From Macrostomum hystrix (lineage: Eukaryota > Animalia > Platyhelminthes): 64,000 nt of DNA. The translations under genes were made by a program, and so were the position numbers. The notes below the pieces were generated by a model that worked only from the letters and a program-made list of their open reading frames with translations, searched no databases and had not been told where the DNA came from. This document shows, piece after piece, positions 13,750-28,700 of the stretch (within the stretch, counting starts at the first letter, position 1; each line of letters starts with the position of its first letter). The stretch is from contig CATNEN010000005.1 in assembly GCA_950097015.1 (NCBI GenBank), positions 5,890,001 to 5,954,000 of the forward strand. The letters run 5' to 3'.

Positions 13750-16700
13750 ATTCTCAGCTTTGGTAAACTTTCTAACAATATTAGCCACAAGGCCGTCGGT
13801 CCATTCGAATGTGTTGGCGTCTGTGCAGCCGAACAGTTCGCCAAGTTGGACGCACTTCGGATTGAGAACCACGTGCTCCACGTGGGCCTTTCTCGGTTTC
13901 TGAGCGACGTTTCCAAAAAATCGTTCGATTTGAATTAGAAACATTTAAAAACCAATTAGAGCAGGGGTTGGCAACCTTATATACCCCGCGGGCTAAAGAG
14001 AGAATCTTAGAGACGACGGCGGGCCGCATGAAGAAAGGGGAGAGATGAGACAGGAGAGATCAGACAGGTGAGAGATCAGACACAGGAGAGATCAGACAGG
14101 TGAGAGATGAGACAAAGGAGAGATCAGACACAGGAGAGATCAGACACAGGAGAGATCAGACACAGGAGAGATCAGACAGGTGAGAGATGAGACGGAGGAG
14201 ATAAGACGCAAGAGAGATGAGACGGGGGAGAGATGAGACAGGCTGGGAGAGATGAGACGGGGGAGAGATGAGACAGGCTGGGAGAAATGAGACAGGCTGG
14301 GAGAGATGAGACAGGGGAGAGATGAGACAGGCTGGGAGAGATGAGGCAGGGGAGAGATGAGATAGGGGAGGGATGAGACAGGGGAGAGGTGAGATAGGGA
14401 GGGATAGAACAGGGGAGGGATAAGACAGGGGAGAGGTGAGACAGGGGAGAGATGAGATAGGGTGTACTGTAGAGTAGGTGTTAGGAGGAGGTAATGGCCG
14501 GATTTGGGAGCTTCGAGGACCGCATTGGGCCCGCGGGCCGGAGGTTGCCGGCCACTGAATTAGAGGTACTCTTACTTAGAAGTATTAGCAAAGTTTTAAC
14601 AGCACAGACCATGGCTATCAAGGGTGTTTTAAATACCCATTTTTTCTTAATCTCACAAACTATTCAACCAATCGCGATGAAAATCTTTTTTACTGCTGTT
14701 CAGAGCATCCTCATCGGAAAAGTACATCAAGACCAATTGAAAAGGTCTTTTCTCTATAAAGTCTGTACACTATTTTAAATATTTTTTCAACTTTTAATAA
14801 TAGACTCTAAAACTAAAAAATAAACTTTTTTAGTAGATAATAAGCAAGATCAAGCATGCATAATACAAAGAATAGGCACTATCATAAGTAGTCTAGTAAG
14901 CAAGTGACTTTAATATATTTTTTATAAAGAAAATGGACAGAAGTTAGTAAATAATATTATGGAAGACAAGCAATAAGAAATTAAGATAATATAATTTCTA
15001 AACAAAGCAGCAAATAAGTTTAGTATACCGATTCATCAGTTCTAGAAGAACTAGCAGCAGCAGCTGCTGCTTTCCTTCTGCCGGAAGATCTTTTTGATTT
15101 TGCCGACTGATTGTTGTTTAATAAAAAAACAGAAAATTATCAACACTTTTAAGATGAAAAATAGGCCCTTCAAATACCAGAAGATAGATTGATTTGTGAA
15201 ATTTGAAACTCACCTGTACCGGAGTCTGATTGCGATCTAACACCGCAGCAGCAGCCGCGCTAGCCTCCGCCCTAGCAACCACACCGGGCAGCAGGCCGAG
15301 TGCTTTGAACAAAATTAATCTGGTCGCCGTCTTACCGCCGCAGGTGGGTCCGACTAGCATTACACCGTGCCTGACTAGCAGCTGTTTATAGAGCTGGTGC
15401 ACTTTAGTCACCTGAGACTCCCAGATCTGTAGGCCCAGCTCCTGGCAGCTCTGGCGAATCGCCACCTTCATAGGTGAGAGGGGTGATTGGAAACTGCTGA
15501 AGAAACTGACAATGAGTCAGGCGATTCTTGGGACGATTCCAAACCACTCAGAAACTGTTGAAGAAACTGACAATGAGTCAAGCGATTTTTGGGAAGATTC
15601 CAAACCACTCAGAAACTGCCGAAGAAACTGACAATGAGTCAGGCGATTCTTGGGAAGATTCCAAACCACTCAGAGACTGCTGAAGAAACTGACAATGAGT
15701 CAGGCGATTCTTGGGAAGATTCCAAACCACTTGGAAACTGCTGAAGAAACTGGCAAGGAGTCAAGCGATTCTTGGGAAGATTCCAAACCACTCAGAAACT
15801 GCTGAAGAAACTGACAATGAGTCAGGCGATTCTTGGGAAGATTCCAAACCACTCAGAAACTGCTGAAGAAACTGACAATGAGTCAAGCGATTCTTGGGAA
15901 GATTCCAAACCACTCGGAAACTGCTGAAGAAACTGACAAAAAGTCAAGCGATTCTTGGGAAGATTCCAAATTACTTGGAAACTGCTGAAGAAACTGGCAA
16001 GGAGTCAAGAAATTCTCGGGAAGATTCCAAACTACTTGGAAACTGCTCAAGAAATTGACAAGGAGTCAAGCGATTCTTGGGAAGATTCCAAACCACTTGG
16101 AAACTGCTAAAGAAGCTGAGAATGGAATCAAGCGCTTCTTGGGAAGATTCCAAACTACTTGGAAACTGCTCAAGAAATTGACAAGGAGTCAAGCGATTCT
16201 TGGGAAGATTCCAAACCACTTGGAAACTGCTAAAGAAGCTGAGAATGGAATCAAGCGCTTCTTGGGAAGATTCCAAACTACTTGGAAACTGCTGAAGATA
16301 CTGGCAAGGACTCAAGCGATTCTTGGGAAGATTCCAAACCACTCAGAAACTGCTGAAGAAACTGACAATGAGTCAGGCGATTCTTGGGAAGATTCCAAAC
16401 CACTCAGAAACTGCTGAAGAAACTGACAATGAGTCAAGCGATTCTTGGGAAGATTCAAAACTACTTGGAAACTGCTGAAGAAACTGACAATGAGTCAGGC
16501 GATTCTTGGGAAGATTCCAAACCACTCAGAAACTGCTGAAGAAACTGACAATGAGTCAAGCGATTCTTGGGAAGATTCAAAACTACTTGGAAACTGCTGA
16601 AGAAACTGACAATGAGTCAGGCGATTCTTGGGAAGATTCCAAACCACTCGGAAACTGCTCAAGAAACTGACAATGAGTCAAGCGATTCTTGGGAAGATTC

Positions 16701-19700
16701 AAAACTACTTGGAAACTGCTGAAGAAACTGACAATGAGTCAAGAAATTCTCGGGAAGATTCCAAACCACTTGGAAACTGCTAAAGAAGCTGAGAATGGAA
16801 TCAAGCGCTTCTTGGGAAGATTCCAAACTACTTGGAAACTGCTGAAATATGACAAGGATACAAAAACCTTTGGGAAGATTCCAAACCACTTGGAAACTGC
16901 TGAAGAACCTGACAAGGACACAAAACTATTCTTAGAACAATTGTACAAAAATAAAACGACGAATGTATAAAAAATTCCTGGGAAAATTCTAAAACCTTGG
17001 AAACTGCCGAAAATCAAGAGTTAAAGCAGTAATAATAGAGTAATAGAGTATTACTATAAACAAACAAAAGCTCCACTCACATCCAGAAGTTGGCTGAGTT
17101 TGTCTGGCGCAGAGAAGTTAGGAAACAGGTCGGACATGATGGCCTCAAACAGTGGCACATCTTCGGCCACAAACCTCGGCAAGTTCGAATCTCTCAGTGC
17201 TTGGATGAGGATGTAAGCCTCCTGATCCTCTGACAGCACATTGTGACGACTTTTACTACTTGCGCTGGCTTGACGATCCGGTATTTCGATTAGTCTGAGG
17301 AAATTTGTGCATTTATATTCGATTAATACTACTTATAGTAACAAAATGTGGCTCAGCCATAATTTCGAAGCAATCTGATTTAAATTTGCAGACTCTACTA
17401 CTGTCTTGCCTTTAATAATTCCGTTTTTTAGTTTTATAAATTCTAGTCATTACAAAAGCAGACTGAAAAAACGACACTGTTTCTAAAAAATCCATCAATC
17501 AAATAATCGAAAATTACTTCTCTGAAGTAGTCAACAAAGCAATAAATTTTGTCGCTGTCAAAGCGCAATATTTTACAATATTTTACCTGTACTGTTGAGA
17601 CGTAAAACTGAAATTAAAATTACTAAAGGTGTAAATCGAAAACGTGTGAACTTCATTTTAACAAACTAACATTTAATATTTGAATGTAAGAATGAGAAGT
17701 GAATTTACTTTTTTTAAATGTGACGATTTGATCAATTTATAACAAATTATACGGGAACAAAATTTTCCCGTATAATCAGTGATATTTAAAAAAAAATTAC
17801 TTTGGTGCAATTTTAATATATTTATAGTGTTTAACGACTTCAATACTACTTACAACGGGCTTTGGGGCAAAGTCAGGATCTGAAAATTCAAATTTGTAAA
17901 TTAATATAATTTTTATATACTCGATACTATGCTTCAATTCTGTAAACAGTTCTTTCAAATTACAAATTTGCAAATTTAAAATAAAAAGGTTATGAAGATA
18001 AATAGAAGGAAAATACGAAAAAATCTACTTGAAGTAGCTTAGTGCACGAGTTTCAGTATTTTAGTTTTTTCATTAGTTTCTTTCACAATTTCAAGAAAAA
18101 TTGTTAATAGATGTTTGAAAGATAAAAAAACAACATTTTTGGTTTAGTTTATTTTTAACTACAGGTTGTTATTAAAACTTATAGCTCTGGTGATGTTTTC
18201 TTGAGTGCGAAAGAATCTGTTTTCTATTCTTTACTGACAACTATTTTATTGTAAGTAAAAGACAATGAGGTTGAAGCAGCACTTTTTCTATGCAATCTCT
18301 TACACAGACAGTGGATGATCTGTTATGCTGAAATAAAATTTGTACAGTTTTATAACATATTAAACCTGCGGGGTTAAATATTAACACATTATATAATCCG
18401 TCTGGTACACATAATTTCATTTTAGATAATCCAATTGTTAACAAACTTTAAGTTTTGATAATTCTACTGTCTAACAATCCATTTTTAATATACCTGTTTG
18501 ATAAACAACCTGTCAGATAATCCACCTGTTAGATAATCCACCTGTTAGACAATTCACCTGTTAGAAAATCCACCTGTTGGACAATCCACCTGTTAGATAA
18601 TCCTCATGTTAGATAATCCACCTGTTAGACAATCCACCTGTTAGATAATCCACATGTTAGACAATCCACATGTTAGACAATCCACATGTTAGATAATCCA
18701 CATGTTAGATAATCCACCTGTTAGATAATCCACCTGTTAGATAATTTACCTGTTAGACAATCCACCTGTTAGATAATTCACCTGTTAGATAATTCACCTG
18801 TTAGACAATCCACCTGTTAGAAAATTCACCTGTTAGAAAATCCACCTGTTAGATAATTCACCTGTTAGATAATCCACCTGTTAGATAATCCACATGTTAG
18901 ACAATCCACATGTTAGACAATCCACATGTTAGATAATCCACATGTTAGATAATCCACATGTTAGATAATCGACCTGTTAGACAATCCACCTGTTAGACAA
19001 TCCACCTGTTAGACAATCCACCTGTTAGACAATCCACCTGTTAGATAATCCGCCTGTTAGACAATCCACCTGTTAGACAATCCACCTGTTAGACAATCCA
19101 CCTGTTAGATAATCCACCTGTTAGACAATCCACCTGTTAGATAATCCGCCTGTTAGACAATCCACCTGTTAGACAATCCACCTGTTAGACAATCGACCTG
19201 TTAGATAATCCACCTGTTAGATAATCCACCTGTTAGATAATTCACCTGTTAGATAATTTACCTGTTAGATAATTCACCTGTTAGATAATCCACCTGTCAG
19301 ATAATCCACCTGTTAGACAATCCACCTGTTAGACAATCCACCTGTTAGACAATCCACCTGTTAGATAATCCACCTGTTAGATAATCCACCTGTTAGATAA
19401 TTCACCTGTTAGATAATTCACCTGTTAGATAATTCACCTGTTAGATAATTCACCTGTTAGATAATCCACCTGTTAGATAATCCACCTGTTAGACAATCCA
19501 CCTGTTAGATAATCCACCTGTTAGACAATCCACATGTTAGATAATCCACCTGTTAGACAGCCACCTGTTAGATAATCCACCTGTTAGATAATTCACCTGT
19601 TAGATAATTCACCTGTTAGATAATTCACCTGTTAGATAATCCACCTGTTAGATAATCCACCTGTTAGACAATCCACCTGTTAGATAATCCACCTGTTAGA

Positions 19701-22700
19701 TAATCCACCTGTTAGATAATCCACCTGTTAGACAATCCACCTGTTAGACAATCCACCTGTTAGACAATCCACCTGTTAGACATTTCACCTGTTAGACAAT
19801 CCACCTGTTAGACAATCCTCCTGTTAGACAATCCACCTGTTAGACAATCCTCCACAACTCACCCTTGTTGCGCCTTCATGCGCATCTGGCCAGCCATCAC
19901 CAGGACGTACTTGATTGCTCGCATACCGAAATCGTAATGATCCTGCTGCGACAGCTGTTTGGAAGTGAGCTCGTATAAATTGACAATCTTTCTAGACAGC
20001 ACCTTTGCCGATCTGAAGCCGCCGGAGAATAACAGAATCTCAGCAATGAGCGCATAATGAGGCACCATCATAGCAACGGGGCGGAACAGGGATTTCAAAT
20101 TGTCGGGCAGTTCAACTCGACCAGCGTAGGTCGGATTCATGGTGATGAAGATGCCACAGGATGAATCCAGCTTCACTTCGCGACCTTCGAAAACAAATCT
20201 CTGCGCCAGCTGATCTTTGGCGGCTTTGATGGTTTGCACCTGGAAATTGAATTAGTAATTCCATGTGGAATTTGGGAATAAGGTTTGGGATATTCGGATT
20301 TAGGATTCTAAATCCAATTTGGAGCTTATAGGATTTAAAATCTAGGATTTCAGAAGTGGGATTTAGAATCTCGGATTCCGGATGTTGGGTTTGGAAACTG
20401 GGATTTCAGATAAAGGATTTAGAATCAGGGGTTTTAGATTTTTAATTTAGAATCTGGGATTTGAGATGGGGGGTTTGGAAACTGGGATTTCAGATAAAGG
20501 ATTTAGAATCTGGGATTTCAGATGTGGGGTTTGGAAACAGGGATTTCAGATAAAGGATTTAGAATCTAGGACTTCAGAAGTGGGATTTAGAATCTGGGAT
20601 TTCAGATGTGGGATTTAGAATCTAGGATTTCAGATGTGGGATTTAGAATCTAGGATTTCAGATGTGGGATTTAGAATCTAGGATTTCAGATGTGGGATTT
20701 AGAATCTGGGATTTAAGATGTGGGATTTAGAATCTGGGATTTAAGATGTGGGATTTAGAATCTGGGATTTAAGATGTGGGATTTAGAATCTGGGATTTCA
20801 GATGTGGGATTTAGAATCTGGGATTTAAGATGTGGGATTTAGAATCTGGGATTTAAGATGTGGGATTTAGAATCTGGGATTTCAGATATGGGATTTATAA
20901 TCTGGGATTTCAGTTGTGGGATTTAAAATCTAGGATTTCAGATGTGGGATTTAGAATCTGGGATTTAAGATGTGGGATTTAGAATCTGGGATTTCAGATA
21001 TGGGATTTATAATCTGGGATTTCAGATGTGGGATTTAAAATCTAGGATTTCAGATGTGGGATTTAGAATCTGGGATTTCAGATGTTGGATTTAGAATCTG
21101 GGATTTCAGATGTTGGATTTAGAATCTAGGACTTAAGAAGTGGGATTTAGAATCTGGGATTTCAGATGTGAGATTTAGAGTCTGGGTTTTCAGATGTGGG
21201 ATTTAGAATCTGGGATTTCAGATGTGGGATTTAGAATCTGGGATTTCAGATGTGGGATTTAAAATCTAGGATTTCAGATGTGGGATTTAGAATCTGGGAT
21301 TTCAGATGTTGGATTTAGAATCTGGGATTTCAGATGTTGGATTTAGAATCTAGGACTTAAGAAGTGGGATTTAGAATCTGGGATTTCAGATGTGAGATTT
21401 AGAGTCTGGGTTTTCAGATGTAGGATTTAGAATCTGGGATTTCAGATGTGGGATTTAGAATCTAGGATTTCAGAAGTGGGATTTAGAATCTGGGATTTCA
21501 GATGTTGGATTTAGAATCTGGGATTTCAGATGTGGGATTTAGAATCTAGGATTTCAGAAGTGGGATTTAGAATCTGGGATTTCAGATGTTGGATTTAGAA
21601 TCTGGGATTTCAGATGTGGGATTTAGAATCTAGGATTTCAGAAGTGGGATTTAGAATCTGGGATTTCAGATGTTGGATTTAGAATCTAGGATTTCAAATG
21701 TGGAATTTAGAATCTGGGATTTCAGATGTAGGATTTAGAATCTGGGATTTCAGATGTGGGATTTAGAATCTAGGATTTCAGAAGTGGGATTTAGAATCTG
21801 GGATTTCAGATGTTGGATTTAGAATCTGGGATTTCAGATGTGGGATTTAGAATCTAGGATTTCAGAAGTGGGATTTAGAATCTGGGATTTCAGATGTTGG
21901 ATTTAGAATCTGGGATTTCAGATGTGGGATTTATAATCAGGGATTTCAGATGTGGGATTTAGAATCTGGGATTTTAGATGTGAGATTTAGAATCTGGGAT
22001 TTCAGATGTGGGATTTAGAATCTGGGATTTCAGATGTGGGATTTAAAATCTGGGATTTCAGGTGTGGGATTTAGAATCAGGGATTTTAGATGTGGGATTT
22101 AGAATCTGGGATTTCATTCTAAAAATCTGGGGTTTCTGGGATGACGATTGGAGTTTGAGATAGGAGGTTTAAAGAATTTGGGAATCTAGATTCAATGCAT
22201 GGAATTATCAATCATGGACAGTCAGATTGCATGATTTAAAAGACCAACCTGAGACGCCACAACGCTGAGCACTTCAATGTCGATTCGATTAAACTCGTCG
22301 AAGCAAGCCCAGCTGCCAGACTGTGCAAGGCCGCTAAACAGCTTGCCCAACATTTTATAATCCAATCCCTCGGAGCAGTTGAACACAACGCAATGCTTTC
22401 CAACAGATTTGGCCAGATCTTTCACAGTCTCAGTCTTGCCCGTGCCAGCCGGCCCAGCGGGACATCCGCCCAGGTGAAGGCACATTGCGCCAGTTAGGGT
22501 CAGATAGCAGCGATCAGTCAATGGCGTCAACACGAGGCGCGGCGCGCAGCCCAAATATTCGTAGCCGTATTGAATGACGGCGTCAACTTGTAGCGCTTGA
22601 CATTGATTGGTGGCCTCGTCCCATTGGTAGCGCAATTGCCTGTACAAGAGATTAGAATGTAGCGAAATGACATAAAGGAACTAAGGATGCTTTATTGTGA

Positions 22701-25700
22701 AGTTTTTGTTTCCCAGATCGCGAGATTTTAAAGAATGAAATACTTCCAAAAAATTACCATTCATTTCCTAAATGATTTCCTAAATTTAAGATTTCTAGGA
22801 AAGCAAAGAATTCTAAGTGAGCGAAGATTTCTAGGAAAGTGAAGATTTCTTAGAAAGTGAAGATTTCTAGGAAATTGAAGATTTCTAGGAAAGTGAAGAT
22901 TTCTAGGAAAGTGAAGATTTCTAGGAAAGTGAAGATTTCTAGGAAAGTGAAGATTTCTAGGAAAGTGAAGATTTCTAAGAAAGTGAAGATTTCTAGGAAA
23001 TTGAAGATTTCTAGGAAAGTGAAGATTTCCAGGAAAGTGAAGATTTCTAGGAAAGTGAGGATTTCTAGGAAAGTGAAGATTTCTTGAAAAAATAAAGCTT
23101 TCAGGAAATTGAATATTTCTAGGAAATCTAAGATTTTAAACAGAAATGTAGGAAGATTGATAGAAAGATTTTTTAGAGAATATAAGATTTTTTGGAAAGC
23201 GACTATATTAAGGAAATCGGAAGTTTCGAGAAAAAAAATTCTAGAAATCCTAAGTTTGCAGGGAAAATCGCAAATATTTACAAATGTTTCTAATGATTCA
23301 GATGCTTTTTACTACTATAAGTAGACATTTTTTTACTACTATAAGTAGACATTTATTTCGTGTTTTTTAATGTACAAAATATTAAAAGGCACTAACTTTT
23401 TCCAATTGAAATCTTCGGCGCTGGAGACATTGTTCTCAGACAAGCCAGTGAGTATATCTCTATTGTGAACATTGACAATCAGCATGGCTTCCAGTGCCAA
23501 GCGAATGTGCTCACTCAACGGGGCGGAGATCACACCAGCTACCTGGTTGAGTAGTTGAACTGTGCTCAAAGAAAATTTAACGACACCTTTCTGCGGTTCT
23601 GATGAGTTTAGGGCCGAGTCCACACTGCGAGTGAAGATTATCTGGGTCTGAAAATGATTGATGGAGAATATTTATATCTCTGGTGTGGGATCTCTGGTGT
23701 GGGATCTCTGGTGTGGGGTCTCTTGTGTGTGATCTCTGGTGTGGGATCTCTGGTGTGGGATCTCTGGTATGGGGCGTCTGGTGTGGGATCTCTGGTGTGG
23801 GGTCTCTTGTGTGTGATCTCTGGTGTGTGATCCCTGGTGTGGGATCTCTGGTGTGGGATCTCTGGTGTGGAATCTCTGGTATGGGATCTCTGGTGTGTGA
23901 TCTCTGGTGTGGGATCTCTGGTGTGTGATCTCTGGTGTGGAATCTCTGGTGTGGGATCTCTGGTGTGTGATCTCTGGTGTGGGATCTCTGGTGTGTGATC
24001 TCTGGTGTGGGATCTCTGGTGTGTGATCTCTGGTGTGTGATCTCTGGTGTGTGATCTCTGGTGTGGGATCTCTGCTGTGGGATCTCTGGTGTGAGATCTC
24101 TGGAGTGGGATCTCTGGTGTGGGATCTCTGGTGTGGGATCTCTGGTGTGGGATCTCTGGTGTGTGATCCCTGGTGTGGGATCTCTGGTGTGGGATGTCTG
24201 GTGTGGAATCTCTGGTGTGGGATCTCTGGTGTGTGATCTCTGGTGTGGGATCTCTGGTGTGTGATCTCTGGTGTGGGATCTCTGGTGTGGAATCTCTGGT
24301 ATGGGATCTCTGGTGTGTGATCCCTGGTGTGGGATCTCTGGTGTGGGATCTCTGGTATGGGATCTCTGGTGTGTGATCTCTGGTGTGGGATCTCTGGTGT
24401 GTGATCTCTGGTGTGGGATCTCTGGTGTGTGATCCCTGGTGTGGGATCTCTGGTGTGGGATCTCTGGTGTGGAATCTCTGGTATGGGATCTCTGGTGTGT
24501 GATCTCTGGTGTGGGATCTCTGGTGTGTGATCTCTGGTGTGGGATCTCTGGTGTGGGATCTCTGGTGTGGGATCTCTGGTATGGGATCTCTGGTGTGTGA
24601 TATCTGGTGTGGGATCTCTGGTGTGTGATCTCTGGTGTGTCATCTCTGGTGTGTGATCTCTGGTGTGGGATCTCTGGTATGGGATCTCTGGTGTGAGATC
24701 TCTGGTGTGGGATCTCTGGTGTGTGATCTCTGGTGTGGGATCTCTCGTGCGGGAAATCTCCTCTGATTCTCCAATGTGGGATAGTTTTTAGAATCTGAAA
24801 TCAGATTAGGGACACAAATCAGCATGCGGATTTAAAAAATGGGATTTAAAATTGAGAAAGCGAGATTGTAGTGAAATGTTGAATTTGAAAATCTTAAACA
24901 AAAATGGACAAATATCTATTTGGGCCAGCTATTGCGCGGCGCTGCCAATGTACACCTGGTCAGTCCATGGACTGGATAGAATGAAGGATCTTTGCGCAAT
25001 GGGCGAAAATAGTTCTCCTTCCGGCTTGAGAATCGAACTCCTGACCTATCTAAAAAGAACAAAGAATCGTCAAATTGACTAAATCTCAGACTGCTCACCG
25101 CTGTCAAGATAACCTGTCCGGCGTGATCCACAAGCCATGACTGCAGCTGGCTCACTGCTTTGCCAGTGTAGCCCGGGTGCTCAGCCAGTCCTTGCCGGAT
25201 GTGCCTGAAAATAGTTATTAGGGATGACACAAGGTATGTAATACAATAGCCGGGGGTCAGTGGCAGAGTAGTCCAACGCGTTTGCCTCTCGCACCAAGGT
25301 CCCTGAGTTCTATTCCGCTAAGAGAAGCAACATTAAATTGGGGAGCAGCCGCGGAGAGAAGGCTTGGGGGCTTGTCGTGCAAATTACGCCATAAAATTCC
25401 AACCTTCAAGGCACAGTGAGAGTGTACACTGCCGGACGATGAGAAAGTCAGGGCAGATGTACACACCTGTGTGCGTGTGTGCTCAGGAGTCAGGACCATT
25501 GGTCTGCGAGAAATGGGCAGAATTGCCTCCTCGCTGGCTGCGAGTCTAGTGTCACCAAATGATGTGCCCGCAGCCCTCCTGCAATTATTATTATTTTATT
25601 AACACCATAGTCGCTTTCGAAACATTTAAACGTTAGACAATTCTTTAGTCAGTTCATTTTAGTTTCAAAATAAAAGAAAACTGTTTTGTTTCTTAATAAG

Positions 25701-28700
25701 GGTTTAATAATTAAAACAAAAATCTATATACGCTCGTAATAAATAGACTAGTTATAAATCTTTAATAAATTATTTGCGTTAAATTAGTTAAAGATAAACA
25801 AATATTATACAATTTTAAATGAAACCATTTAGAACACGAATCAATTTTAATTCAAGAAAAATATTAATTAAAAAATGTGATAATGTATTATCAAATATAC
25901 AAAATAATATTTCGTTTTAAATAGATAATATTGTACTTTATTATATATGTTCAGTTATATCTGTTTTTTATTTATGAAATACATATTTATACTTTATGCG
26001 CTTACAGCTTATTATTATAACAAAAGTTTATAAAAAATATATTTTCTTTCAATCTACTTTTGATTTTTTATAATTTGTTTGATTAGAAATTATGTTTAAC
26101 CTAATTTAAGTTTTTTGTTTAAGTTAAGTTAAATTTATGTTTAAAATAAAGTGATCGATACTCACTTCTTGACAGTGTCAAACATGCCGCTCTCCACGCT
26201 ACCCAGCCATTGCTCAACGGCACCTCTGGCTCGCAGATTTCTAAAAAAATAATAGTCCGCAATGTAATTCGTTAGATGAGGCCCTCGTTCGTTGAGGGCC
26301 AACCTCCAAGGCACAGTGGGAGTGTACACTGCCTGACGATGAGAAAGTCAGGGCAGATGTACACATATGTGTGAGCGTGTGCCTGCGCACAGTATCTGTG
26401 TGCGTGTGTGCTCAGGAGTCAGCGAAATGGGCAGAATTGCCTCCTCGCTGGCTGCAGGTCTAGTGTCACCAAATGATGCCATTGCCCACAGCCCGCCTGC
26501 AATTATTATTATTATTAATAATAGAAATATTTAGATTCAATGCTCACTTTGGCATACTCATAGTTTCACCTTCCGCGCTAGTCATATTGAACACAGTCGG
26601 CGGTTGCCTTGGCAACTGTCTAATATCCAATTGTTTAACATTGCTAAACAATTTCGGCAGGTGTGGCTGAACAGCATCCAAATTTTTAGCCTGAGCCAGA
26701 ATGTCCAACAATTCGTCATTGCTGAGAAAGTAGAATCTTGGAAAAATCAATCGCTTTGTCTCCAGATAGTCTTCTAGGCATTTCTGCACTTTGTCCAGCT
26801 GCAGATTGCATTGTTGAAGGGTTTCAAAGGTGCCAGCCGAGGTGCCACACCTGAGAGCGTTGGGACGGTCTTCAACTTTGCGCATCAGCTCCTGCCATTG
26901 TTTGTCGACCCAGGCGAACGACTTGGACTCAGCGGGCAGCTGTCGTTGAATATCCGGAGTGTGAAACACCTGTTCAAGGTAGAGCCAATTTCTCTGGCAG
27001 GACATCCATTCGTCCAGAGTCCGAGCGAACAGGTTCAACCGGCGCTCCCATTCCTCAACCTGATTGCGAATCGGACCAACGTAGCGCGACGATCTGATGG
27101 TGCCAATGGTCAGCTGCGACTCTTCTAGCTGGGCTTGAATGTCTTCGGCTCCGGACACAATCCAGGTGCCGCGGGCCTGATGACTGACCAGACGAAAATC
27201 CGTGCCCTGCCAGAGTTCGATCACCTTGCGCAGCATCTGCTCAAGGGTGGCCTCGTTGCTGGCCGTTGTTGAGATCTCTTGGATAGTAGCGCGATAGCGT
27301 AGCACCTGCACAAATATCAAGTTAGGGATTTGGGATATTGGGATATGGGATTTGGGATATTGGATTTAAGATATGGAAAATGGGATATGGGAAATGGAAT
27401 ATGGGAAATGGGATATGGGAAATTGGATTTGGGAAATGGGATATGGGAAATGGGAAATAGGATGTGGGAAATGGGATATGGGAAATGGGATATAGGAAAT
27501 GGGATAAGGGAAATGGGATATGGGAAATGGGATATGGGAAATGGGATATGGGAAATGGGATATGGGAAATGGGATATGGGAAATGGGATATGGGAAATGG
27601 GATATGGGAAATGGGATATGGGAAATGGGATATGGGAAATGGGATATGGGAAATGGGATATGGGAAATGGGATATGGGAAATGGGATATGGGAAATGGGA
27701 TATGGGAAATGGGATATGGGAAATGGGATATGGGAAATGGGATATGGGAAATGGGATATGGGAAATGGGATATGGGAAATGGGATATGGGAAATGGGATA
27801 TGGGAAATGGGATATGGGAAATGGGATATGGGAAATGGGATATGGGAAATGGGATATGGGAAATGGGATATGGGAAATGGGATATGGGAAATGGGATATG
27901 GGAAATTGGATATGGGAAATGGGATTTGGGAAATGGGATGTGGGAAATGGAATATAGGAAATGCGATATGGGATTAACTAATTCACAATGCCAATTAAGA
28001 TATCGGAAATAGGATATGAGATTTAAGAAATGGGATATTGAGATTAGGGATATCGGATTGGGATTTGAAAAAAAAGATGTGAGAAATTTGTCGGAAATTC
28101 GATATAAAATCAATTATCAAAGGAATGAAAAGCAGAAAACCAGCAGTTGGGTATGAAACATGGGGATAAGGAATTTTAACAACGGAATCCAGATGCTCCA
28201 AACACGACTCACATTGGTCTCAATCAGATCCACCAGAGTGAGTTGCTCGTCTTGGCTAATGTTTTTCTGCACAACGTCATCGATTTCCTTCCAGTGACGC
28301 TGTTTCAGATTTGGATTCCTCAAAGCCAGAACAACCGGCATGCCAGTCTTGAACTCCATCACCTCCTCTTTCAGATGCGGCAGAACGTCATTGTGTGGCA
28401 AACCCTTCTCCAGCATGAACACTGTCTGTGTGAACTTGGCGACACTCTTCTGCAGACTGTCAACATTCAGCTGGTGCAGCGGGGTGAGCTCCAGCTCTTT
28501 GTACAGCTGCCGCCATTCTTCAAGGCTGTCCCAGAGCAGGCGGCGGAGTGTGAGATCTCGCTCCAGTTCAGCCAATTCCTGCTGGATGGCCTTCGCTGTG
28601 CTGCTGGGACCTGACGACTCTCTGCAATAGGGTAAAGGAAGATGACTTTGGGATCTAGGATCTGGGATCTAGGATCTGGGATCTAGGATCTGGGATCTAG

